A DNA stretch of 64,000 bases from Vicinamibacterales bacterium (lineage in GTDB: Bacteria > Acidobacteriota > Vicinamibacteria > Vicinamibacterales > UBA8438), in the NCBI GenBank assembly GCA_963664545.2, contig OY761475.2, positions 3,679,608 to 3,743,607 of the forward strand, in the 5' to 3' direction. The notes below the pieces were generated by a model that was given only the letters and a program-made list of their open reading frames with translations, made no database searches and was not told where the DNA came from. The translations under genes and the position numbers were made by a program. Every line of letters starts with the position of its first letter. Position 1 is the stretch's first letter. Shown here piece by piece: positions 9,246-17,424 of this stretch.

Positions 9246-9452
9246 TCAGCGCCGTCGATCGACCTCGGCCAGAATCTCCTCGATCCAGACGGCGGTCTCG
9301 CGCCGTTGCGCGGCCGCCGCGGGATTCCGCTCGGCCCACGGATAGCCGTTCCAGGTGTCTTCGTCGACCGTGTCTGCGAGACGCCCGTCACCCGGGTGGG
9401 CTGTCAGGGGGCCGTACTCGTCCACGAGGAAGTTGTTGCGTGCTGCAGTCAT
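9246..9452 (-). CDS. Small hypothetical protein (68 aa)
   Basis: Internal ATG at 9452 preceded by GGAGA. Product begins MTAARNNFLVDEYGPLTAHPGDGRL. No recognisable domain. It is the first gene of the co-directional PHA block. Confidence 0.4.
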   Translation of the reverse strand: MTAARNNFLVDEYGPLTAHPGDGRLADTVDEDTWNGYPWAERNPAAAAQRRETAVWIEEILAEVDRRR

Positions 9453-9904
9453 TTGATAGGTCTCCAGGGCGCCGGGTCGACCGGCGCCGGAACAATCGAA
9501 CGGGGAAACGGCGATCTTCTCTCTGTCTCGTAGCAAACGTCGTGCCAACTGGACAGACCCCGCGACGCACTTGGAGAACGGTGCCTCCCGGGCGGCGGGA
9601 ACGCGCTCGCTCTACAATCCTGTCCGTACCCGGCAATCAGAAACTACACTCTTGCGGGTATCGGGCCGGCAATCCCTGAGTGAAACCGTGCGTGGCGCGC
9701 GGACGCTCGCGGACGGAGCGTCCCGAGGCAAGGGAACGGTCAGGAACGACGACTGCAGATCAGGGTACCACGGAACGATCCTGTCGGACAAGGCGCAGCC
9801 CGCAGGGGCACGGTACGGGCTTCCGCGCGCCCCCCATAACGGGCGGGGGGCGCTGCGGGGCGGGAACGGGCCGTCGGCGGGCTCGCGGGTCGCCGCCGAC
9901 AGGA

Positions 9905-11257
9905 TCAATGCCCGATGGCGAACAGCTCGTCCGCGGTCCGGATGTACCAGATGCCGTCGACCAGCGCCGGCGAGGCGAGGGTCGGGGCCCCGATGTCGTT
10001 GATGTGCAGGATCTCGAACTCCGGACCCGTCTTCAGCACGAACGTCTGACCCTCGTCGTTGGTGACGAACAGCTTGTCGTCGACGACGATCGGCGACGCC
10101 GAGATGCCCTCGCGCCGCGGGCGGCCGAGGCGCTCCTGCCACACCGTCTCGCCGGTCCGGGCGTTCAGGTTGGTGAGGATGCTCGACATGTCGTTGATCT
10201 GGTACAGGTAGTCGCCGTAGACGGTCGGCGACGGCACGAACGGCGAGCCGCGGGTGATGCTCCACTCGACGTGGGTGCGGGTGACGTCGCCGCGGCCTCC
10301 CGGCCGGATGGCCAGCGTCGGCCCCGCCCGGCCCGAGGCGCAGTAGACGAGCCCGTGCCCGACCGCGGGGGTGGGGATGACCTCGCGCAGCATGCCCTCG
10401 CAACGCCACAGCTCCTCGCCCGTCGACGGATTGTAGGACTGCACGAACCGCTGGCTGCTGACGATCAGCTCGTCGTGGTCCCCGACGCTGATGGCGATCG
10501 GCGTGCCCCAGCCGACCCGCGCCGCCCGCGGCGTGCGCCACCGCGTCTCGCCGGTGCGCGCGTCGAGGGCGATGACGAACGCGTTCCGGTTCTGGTCCTG
10601 GTAGATGATGACCGTGTCGCGGTAGAGCAGCGGCGATCCCGCGGGGCCATGGTAGTTGTCGATGCGGCCCAGCTCGCGGTGCCACAAGATGTTGCCGTCG
10701 AAGTCGACGGCGAGCAGGCCGCGGCTGCCGAACGAGGCGTACACCCGCTCGCCGTCGGTGGTCACCGTCGCCGACGCCGCGCTGTTCTTGCCGTGGGTGC
10801 GTTCGCCCGGGCCGTTCGGCGCGTCGGCCTGCCAGAGCAGCCTGCCGTCGGACCGGCGGTAGGCGAGAATCGAGACCCGCCGGCCGCGGTCGCGTCCAGT
10901 GGTCAGGAAGATGCGGTCTTCCCACACGATGGGCGAGGAATGGCCGCGACCGGGTACCGGGACCTTCCAGAGGACGTTCTCGGTGTCCGACCACCGGTCG
11001 GGGTAGCCCGTGCCCTCGACCACGCCCTGCCCCGAGGGGCCCCGCCAGCGCGACCACCAGCGGGCGCCGTCGCCCTCCGGCGGGACCATGCGGACGCCGG
11101 CCGAGTCCTGGGCGGCGGCCGGGGGCGCGGGGGCGGCGAGCATGCCGAGCGCGAGAACGAGCGCGGCGAGGCGGCGGAGGCCGGGGTTGTTCCGTGTCAC
11201 GGTGCTTGCTCCTGGTGTTCCCGGTGGGCGATCCCGGAAGTGGGCTTGCCGTTGCAT
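9905..11257 (-). CDS. Secreted PQQ-like (BamB-type) beta-propeller repeat protein
   Basis: Signal-like LRRLAALVLALGMLAAPAPPAAAQ. Repeated propeller blades (RIFLTTG..., LLWQ..., TGETRWR..., GEELWRC..., TGETVWQ...). An alternative GTG start at 11200 (RBS GGAG upstream) is plausible. Confidence 0.8.
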   Translation of the reverse strand: MQRQAHFRDRPPGTPGASTVTRNNPGLRRLAALVLALGMLAAPAPPAAAQDSAGVRMVPPEGDGARWWSRWRGPSGQGVVEGTGYPDRWSDTENVLWKVPVPGRGHSSPIVWEDRIFLTTGRDRGRRVSILAYRRSDGRLLWQADAPNGPGERTHGKNSAASATVTTDGERVYASFGSRGLLAVDFDGNILWHRELGRIDNYHGPAGSPLLYRDTVIIYQDQNRNAFVIALDARTGETRWRTPRAARVGWGTPIAISVGDHDELIVSSQRFVQSYNPSTGEELWRCEGMLREVIPTPAVGHGLVYCASGRAGPTLAIRPGGRGDVTRTHVEWSITRGSPFVPSPTVYGDYLYQINDMSSILTNLNARTGETVWQERLGRPRREGISASPIVVDDKLFVTNDEGQTFVLKTGPEFEILHINDIGAPTLASPALVDGIWYIRTADELFAIGH

Positions 11258-11421
11258 GGGGCCATATTCGAAAGACGACAGAAGCCGCGGCGGCGTTGCT
11301 CCGCCGCGGTCGGCTGCTGCTGCGCGCTGACCGAGAGTTCGCTTGTGCGGCGCTGTGATTCCTCAACGATTGCGCGCTGTGAACCCTGTCCGCGTCCGAA
11401 GATCGGGACGTGACGCGGCGC

Positions 11422-12264
11422 TCAGTGGCTCATCGCGTAGAGCAGGACGTTGATGCCGAGCCCGTAGCCGTTGGGCGAGAACTGCCGGAAAAACCGCGGG
11501 TCCTCGCCTTCCCGCTCCCAGGCGTCGGCGACGTCGGTGTTGTGCGACATCAGCACGAGGATGCGCCCGTGCTCGTCGGTGATCGCGCGCAGGTGGGCGG
11601 TCTCGCTGTCGCGGCCGCGCTCCGACGTCGTGCCCCCGCTGCGCCACCAGAACTGGATCGCGGTGATCTGCGGGACCTCCTCGACGTACATCAGCGCCCG
11701 GAACACCGGATGGTCGAGGGGCAGGTCGCGGATGGGGTACTCGGCCGGCGGCAGCACCCGGCTGATCTCCGACTGCCAGTGCTGCCACGCCGCGGTGCCC
11801 CAGAAGTCGTCGACCCAGAGGAACCCGCCCTTGAGCAAGTAGTTGCGGAGCTGGGTGATCTCCCTCCCGCTCAGCCCGATGGTGCCCGCGTCGGCGGCCA
11901 TGATGAACGGACAGTTGAACAGTTCGCGGTCGGTGAGCGAGACGACCCAGTGGTTGGGCTCGCCGCGGCGGTCGAGGCTCACTTGGGCCGTCGTCAGGTC
12001 CGAGAACCGGAACATCAGGTTGATGCCCGCGTACGGGTAGTCGGTGATCCACCCCATGCCCAGCGCCTCGTAGCGGACGCTGCGGTACATCAGCTTGCAG
12101 AACGCGAAGTCGCGGTCCGGCATCGACGGCGGCGGGTAGCGCGGGGGCATGTTGCCCTCGCCGAAGAACCGCTGGGTGCCCGCCCCCGCCGCGAGGGTGA
12201 CCGCCAGCCCCACCGCGAGCAGCAGGGCGATTCCCGCCGGGAGACGGCGCCGCGCGAGTCTCAT
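11422..12264 (-). CDS. DUF4159 domain protein (N-terminal signal or anchor)
   Basis: FCKLMYRSVRYE...WITDYPYAGINLMFRFSDLT...VSLTDRELFNCPFIMAADAGTIGLSGREITQLRNYLLKGGFLWVDDFWG matches my recollection of the DUF4159 core. Confidence 0.65.
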   Translation of the reverse strand: MRLARRRLPAGIALLLAVGLAVTLAAGAGTQRFFGEGNMPPRYPPPSMPDRDFAFCKLMYRSVRYEALGMGWITDYPYAGINLMFRFSDLTTAQVSLDRRGEPNHWVVSLTDRELFNCPFIMAADAGTIGLSGREITQLRNYLLKGGFLWVDDFWGTAAWQHWQSEISRVLPPAEYPIRDLPLDHPVFRALMYVEEVPQITAIQFWWRSGGTTSERGRDSETAHLRAITDEHGRILVLMSHNTDVADAWEREGEDPRFFRQFSPNGYGLGINVLLYAMSH

Positions 12265-12420
12265 CTGCGATCCTCCGCCGTGTGCGGTGCCTCCGCGTCG
12301 GGACCGGCCGCCCGTGAAGCCCGCCCGGCCGCCCCGACCGAACCGTTATACCACGGCCCGGCGGCCGAGGGTGCCGAGGGTCTGCCATCCGCCCCGCGAG
12401 CGTCGTAGAATCATGTCGAT

Positions 12421-13680
12421 ATGCAATCACGACAGACTGTCACACGGGTGCGGCGGATGCGGTGGTGCGCCCTCGCGATGATCGTCGCGGCGGCGGCGGG
12501 GACCCACGTGGCCGCGCAGGACTGGCCGCAGTTCCTCGGGCCGGGGCGGGACGGCCGCTACGCCGGCCCGCCGCTGGCGGAGGGCTGGCCGGGCGGCGGC
12601 CCGACGCGGTTGTGGTCGCGGCCGGTGGGAGCGGGCTTCGCCGGTCCCGTCGTCGTCGGCGACCGGGTCGTCTTGTTCCACCGGGTGGGGCGGCGCGAGG
12701 TCGTCGAGGCCCTTGACGCCGACACCGGCGACACGGTGTGGCGCTACGACTACCCGACCAGCTACCGCGACGACTTCGGGTTCGACGAGGGGCCGCGGTC
12801 GGTGCCGGTGGTGCACGGGGGGCGGGTGTACACGTTCGGCGCGCAGGGCCAGCTCCACGCCGTCGATCTCGAGACCGGGGCCGGCGTCTGGCAGGTGGAC
12901 ACCCACGCCCGCTACGGCGTGCGCAAGGGGTTCTTCGGGGCGGCCGGTTCGCCCCTCGTCGAGGACCGGCGGGTCATCGCCAACGTCGGCGGCCGGCGCG
13001 GCGGCATCGTCGCGTTCGACGCCGCCACCGGCGACGAGCTGTGGACGGCGACCACCCACGAGGCGAGCTACTCGTCGCCGGCCGCCGGCACGTTCGGGGG
13101 GCGCCGGCTCGCGCTGGTCTTCACCCGCACCGGGCTCGTCGGGCTCGACCCCGCAACGGGCGGGGTCCGGTTCGAACTGCGGTGGCGCTCGCGCCTCGGG
13201 GCGTCGGTGAACGCGGCCACGCCGCTCGTCGTCGGCGACCGCGTGTTCATCTCCGCCAGCTACGGCACCGGGGCCGCCCTGCTGCGGGTCGACGGCGGCA
13301 CGCTGGCCGAGGAGTGGTCGGGCGACGACAGCATGACCAACCACTACGCCACCGCCGTGATCCACGACGGCGTGCTCTACGGCTACCACGGCCGGCAGGA
13401 GTACAGCCCGAGCCTGCGGGCCGTCGATCTGCGCTCGGGCGCCGTCCGCTGGAGCGAGGACCGCTTCGGGGCCGGCACCGTCACCCTCGCCGGCGACCGC
13501 CTCGTGGTCATGCGCGAGAGCGGCGAGTTGATGCTGGCCGAGGCGACGCCCGAGGCGCTCCGCCCGCTGGCCCGCGCGCGGATCCTGCCGGGCGTCGTGC
13601 GCGCCTATCCGGCCCTCGCCGACGGCCGCCTCTACGCGCGGAACACCGACACGCTGGTCGCGGTCGATCTCCGACGATAG
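12421..13680 (+). CDS. Secreted PQQ-like beta-propeller repeat protein
   Basis: Signal peptide then DWPQFLGPGRDG, followed by repeated D(A/L)xTG(D/A)xxW blades. The start may be M13 (12457). Confidence 0.8.
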   Translation: MQSRQTVTRVRRMRWCALAMIVAAAAGTHVAAQDWPQFLGPGRDGRYAGPPLAEGWPGGGPTRLWSRPVGAGFAGPVVVGDRVVLFHRVGRREVVEALDADTGDTVWRYDYPTSYRDDFGFDEGPRSVPVVHGGRVYTFGAQGQLHAVDLETGAGVWQVDTHARYGVRKGFFGAAGSPLVEDRRVIANVGGRRGGIVAFDAATGDELWTATTHEASYSSPAAGTFGGRRLALVFTRTGLVGLDPATGGVRFELRWRSRLGASVNAATPLVVGDRVFISASYGTGAALLRVDGGTLAEEWSGDDSMTNHYATAVIHDGVLYGYHGRQEYSPSLRAVDLRSGAVRWSEDRFGAGTVTLAGDRLVVMRESGELMLAEATPEALRPLARARILPGVVRAYPALADGRLYARNTDTLVAVDLRR

Positions 13681-13750
13681 CCGCGGCGCTCCGGCGAACT
13701 GCCGGAGCGGTCAGGCTGCATGGTCGGCGCGAGGAACCACATCGGTGTCA

Positions 13751-13789
13751 TCCATGAATATCTGAACCAGCACTTTAGATATTCATGGA
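13751..13789. terminator. AT-rich perfect 13-bp inverted repeat between convergent genes (possible bidirectional terminator or protein site)
   Basis: tccatgaatatct (13751-13763), a 13-nt loop, then agatattcatgga (13777-13789). Lies between the stop of 12421-13680 (+) and the stop of the TonB receptor gene (-). Confidence 0.45.
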
Positions 13790-13853
13790 TGCGGTCGTCC
13801 GCCGGTCGAGCGCCGCGCCGCAACGCTCTCCACGGCTGCCCGGTCGCCGCCCC

Positions 13854-16751
13854 CTAGAACCCGAGCCGGAAGCCGAACCGAAGCAGGCTCGGGTTCATGA
13901 TCTCGAGCGTCTGGCCCGGCCCCGTTGGGCCCTCGGCGGTGGCGACGTCGTACTGGCGCCTGAGGATCGTGCCGGCGTTGAGGATGTTGAACCAGTCGAA
14001 GTCCAGGTTCAGCCTGTAGCCGTCGCCCCGGAACTCCTTGCCGATGCGCAAGTCGAAGCTCCTGGTGGCGGGCAGCCGGTGGGCCCCCACGTCGGGCGCG
14101 AGCAGCACGTCCTTGAAGGCCGCCGCGTCCCGGGCGTGGGCCTGGATCTCCTGGTAGTAGGGCTGCCCGTAACCCTGTCTGAACAGCAGGCTGCCGGCGA
14201 TGTTGATGCCGAACGGCCCCTCGTAGAGCCCGTTGGCGACGAACTGGTACCGGGGGCTCACGAAGTAGATGCCCGTTTTGCCGCTGCCCCCCGTGCCCGC
14301 GATGACCAGGCCCCCGTCGCGCAGCGGGCTGGTGGGCGACGGGGTCGGATCGATGATGGCCGCCGACCGGTCCGTGAAGTACTCGCGGTGATCGTTGAAG
14401 GAATAGGCGATGCGCGCCTGCCAGCGGTTGGCCAGCCGCTTGATGAAGCTGGTCTCCCAGCCCCAGTAGTCCTGGTGGTAGCCGTCGCGGTTGCGCTCCT
14501 CCACGCCGCCCCCGGGCGGCAGCACCACGCCCGGCAGCGGCGCGTAGACGTCCTGGCTGACCGCCGCGCCCCCGCCGGCCGGGGGCAGCGTCGCGGCGAG
14601 GGTGTCGACCACGCCGTAGTCGGCCGAGGTGAGCCCGATCAGCGGAGTCCACGTGAAGTTGGTGAACCGGCGCCACGTCACCGACGTGGTGAGGGCCGAG
14701 TTCGGAATCGGCAGCTCGCGGTCGAGGCCGAAGATGAACTCGTGGGTCCTCGGCGACGACAGGCCCGCCGCCACCTGGTTGACGCTCGCGGTCGACGTGG
14801 GGTCGTCGGGATCGAAACCGTCCGCGAACAGCAGTCCGCCCAGCTCGTCGGCCTGCGTCACGCCGTCGCCGTTCGCGTCGACGGCGAGGAAGTAGGCGGC
14901 CGAATAGCTGACCGGCCCCGCCAGGAGCCCGGCCGCGCCCACCGGCAACTGCGAGGCGAACTGCCCGTAGCCGGCCCGGACGAGGGTGTCCGCCTCCGTC
15001 CCGAGGGCGTAGCTGACGCCGATGCGCGGCGCCACAACCTCGAACGCGTGCGTGTTGGTCAAGACCGGAGACGTCAGGGCCGGCAGCAGGTCCGGGACCA
15101 GCGGGTTCGCGGGGCGTTGCGCCTCGAGCAGCGACGAGGTCGAGCGGTCGTAGCGGATGCCGACGTCGACGGTCAGGCGATCCAGCGTTGTCCGATCGCT
15201 GGCGTAGACGCTCAGGTACCGGCCCTCGGCGTTCAGCACCTCGTCCCCGTAGGCGATGGCGTACATCAGCCCGTCTTCGGGATAGCTCGGGAGATGCAGG
15301 GAGAGGGTCCCCGATCCCGGCCAGATGAACTCCTCCTGCTGGACGTTCCTCCGCCAGTTCACGCCGAAGCGCAGCTCGTGGACGCCGCGGAAGTAGTTGG
15401 CGTCGACGTCCGCCACCGACTGGGGCCGCCATGACCGGAAGTCGGCGAACGAGTTGTGGAAGACGCGGTTGACGTCGCGGTAGACGTCGGTGTCGAGGCC
15501 GCCCCGCGGGGTCAGGAAGAAGCCCCAGTTGAACTGCGTCGCCTTGGCGCTGACGACGAGGTTGTTGTTGCCCACCCAGTTGGCCGTCCCCGTGAACAGG
15601 CCCGTTCCGCTGCCCCCCTGATTCCAGGTGGTCTCGTCGGGCCGGGTCGGCCCCGCGTTCCGGCCCAGCTTCACCTTGGCGCCGCTGAAGTGGTTGAGGC
15701 CGAGGCGCAGGCCGTCGGTCGCCTGCCCCTGCACCTTGAACGCCCGGTTGGTCAACGTGGTGCGGTCGGGGGTGTCGATGAGGGTGCGCAGCCGGATGTC
15801 GGTCTCGCCGAACGAGCCCCAGCCCCACAGCCGGTCCCTGACGATGGGGCCGCCGAGTTCGAAGCCGTAGTCGGCGTACTGCTCCATGCGGTTGCCCTTG
15901 CCGGTCTCCCCGCCGATGGCGTCGGCCAGCGCCGGCGACAGGTTGTTGCGCTGCAGCCCTTCGTTGGCGAAGTAGCCGCGCGTGCTGCCGCTGAACTGGT
16001 TCGTGCCGCTCTTGAGCACCACGTCCACCGCCGCGCCCGGGGTCTGGTTCCGCACGTCGGCCCCGCCGGTGTTGATGCGGACCTCCTGGAACTGGTCGAA
16101 GTCCCAGTAGGTCGGCGAGGAGAGCGACGCCATGTCGGTGACGACGACGCCGTCGAGGGTCCAGGTGTTCTCGGCGGCGCCCGCCCCCTTGGCCATGTAC
16201 AGCGACTGCTGGCCCGACTCGGCCCCCCCGACGTTGACGCGGTCGACGACGATGCCGGGAATGGTCTGCAGCAGCACCCACGGGTCGCGGGCGGAGGGAA
16301 TCTCCTGCAGCTCCTCGACGGTGATGTGCGTGTCGGTGCTCTGGCGGCGCGGGTCGATGATGGGCGAGGTCCCGGAGACGGTCACCGTCTCGTCGATCCC
16401 GCCCACCTCCAGCGTCGCGACCAGCGGGGTGGACGCGGCCGCCCGCACCTGGACCCCCGTGTCCACGAAGGTGCGGAACCCCGGCAGCGTGACGCTCAGC
16501 TCGTAGGTGCCGACGGGCAGCCGCAGGAAGCGCGCCTCCCCCTGCACGTCGGTGAAGACGTCGGACCGGTCCTCGGGCCCCGTCACCGCCACCCCCGCCC
16601 CCGGCAGCACGGCGCCGGTGGCGTCCTGGACGGTGACGTCGATCCGGCCCAGGTCGACCTGCGCGGCGGCGGACGCGGCCAGGAGGAGCGCCGTTGCGAA
16701 GAAGACGGTGCCCGTCGCGGCCGCACGAGAAGAACGGACTCTGTGCCTCAT
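13854..16751 (-). CDS. TonB-dependent outer-membrane receptor with N-terminal carboxypeptidase-regulatory-like domain
   Basis: 965 aa. Signal peptide. The IDVTVQDATGAVLPGAGVAVTG...TFVDTGVQVRAAASTPLVATLEVG block looks like a CarboxypepD_reg fold. A plug-like region follows (ITVEELQEIPSARDPWVLLQTIPGIVVDRVNVGG). The barrel is long and ends in ...RFGFRLGF with a terminal Phe. Confidence 0.85.
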   Translation of the reverse strand: MRHRVRSSRAAATGTVFFATALLLAASAAAQVDLGRIDVTVQDATGAVLPGAGVAVTGPEDRSDVFTDVQGEARFLRLPVGTYELSVTLPGFRTFVDTGVQVRAAASTPLVATLEVGGIDETVTVSGTSPIIDPRRQSTDTHITVEELQEIPSARDPWVLLQTIPGIVVDRVNVGGAESGQQSLYMAKGAGAAENTWTLDGVVVTDMASLSSPTYWDFDQFQEVRINTGGADVRNQTPGAAVDVVLKSGTNQFSGSTRGYFANEGLQRNNLSPALADAIGGETGKGNRMEQYADYGFELGGPIVRDRLWGWGSFGETDIRLRTLIDTPDRTTLTNRAFKVQGQATDGLRLGLNHFSGAKVKLGRNAGPTRPDETTWNQGGSGTGLFTGTANWVGNNNLVVSAKATQFNWGFFLTPRGGLDTDVYRDVNRVFHNSFADFRSWRPQSVADVDANYFRGVHELRFGVNWRRNVQQEEFIWPGSGTLSLHLPSYPEDGLMYAIAYGDEVLNAEGRYLSVYASDRTTLDRLTVDVGIRYDRSTSSLLEAQRPANPLVPDLLPALTSPVLTNTHAFEVVAPRIGVSYALGTEADTLVRAGYGQFASQLPVGAAGLLAGPVSYSAAYFLAVDANGDGVTQADELGGLLFADGFDPDDPTSTASVNQVAAGLSSPRTHEFIFGLDRELPIPNSALTTSVTWRRFTNFTWTPLIGLTSADYGVVDTLAATLPPAGGGAAVSQDVYAPLPGVVLPPGGGVEERNRDGYHQDYWGWETSFIKRLANRWQARIAYSFNDHREYFTDRSAAIIDPTPSPTSPLRDGGLVIAGTGGSGKTGIYFVSPRYQFVANGLYEGPFGINIAGSLLFRQGYGQPYYQEIQAHARDAAAFKDVLLAPDVGAHRLPATRSFDLRIGKEFRGDGYRLNLDFDWFNILNAGTILRRQYDVATAEGPTGPGQTLEIMNPSLLRFGFRLGF

Positions 16752-16794
16752 GGTTGCCTCCCTCCGCGCGGCGGGGCACGGGCCGGCCAGGTTC

Positions 16795-17091
16795 TCAACT
16801 GAACAGGGTACGGAACCAAGCGCTCGCGGCCGCAGTGACCAGGGCGATGATCAGGGCCAGGACCCCGCCGAGAACCCAGGTCTTGGTGGCCATGTTGACG
16901 TTGATGTTCGCGACGGCGGCGGTGAGGGCAGTGAGGCGCTTCTCGACCTCGGCGGTCAGCTTGGAGACGTCTTCACGGGTCGCGGCGTACTCCCGGTGAA
17001 CCTCGAGCTTGGTGACTCGCTCGGACAGTTTGCGTTCCGAGTAGCGGTTCCGGTCCGGCTTTCGCGGGCCTCGTGGCTGCTGGGTGCTCAC
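16795..17091 (-). CDS. Coiled-coil protein with C-terminal transmembrane anchor (hypothetical)
   Basis: GTG start at 17091 overlaps the TGA of the upstream gene (GTGA). Coiled-coil segment TKLEVHREYAATREDVSKLTAEVEKRLTALTAAVANI, then the TM helix WVLGGVLALIIALVTAAASAW. The architecture is like the DUF1640-type gene at 1311. Confidence 0.5.
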   Translation of the reverse strand: MSTQQPRGPRKPDRNRYSERKLSERVTKLEVHREYAATREDVSKLTAEVEKRLTALTAAVANINVNMATKTWVLGGVLALIIALVTAAASAWFRTLFS

Positions 17092-17378
17092 TCCCCGCCC
17101 CCGGCGTGCATGTCGAGCCACTCCCACAGGGGGGCTTCGGTGAAGCCGGCGTAGGCGCGGTTCAGCTTGAATACGATGCCCGGCACGCCGCCGTCCGAAG
17201 TCAACCCCGACGCCTCCGCAACATCTTTGGTGATGGCACCCTTCGCGCGGGCCATGAGGGCATTGTCAGCGAAGTCGTACACCTCGAAGCCTGCCGCCTT
17301 GAGCTTCCTGGAGACCTCGGTCGACGACGCGTCTGGGCTCAGAGCGGGTGTATGCAAGAGAACGATGAAGGTCTGCAT
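17088..17378 (-). CDS. Small hypothetical protein (96 aa)
   Basis: Strong RBS (GGGAGG 7 nt upstream of the ATG). Translationally coupled to the next gene. No recognisable motif. Confidence 0.5.
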   Translation of the reverse strand: MQTFIVLLHTPALSPDASSTEVSRKLKAAGFEVYDFADNALMARAKGAITKDVAEASGLTSDGGVPGIVFKLNRAYAGFTEAPLWEWLDMHAGGGE

Positions 17379-17424
17379 CTGTCAACCTCCCCGCGGGATA
17401 CGACGGGGTCGTTCCGTCAGTTAG

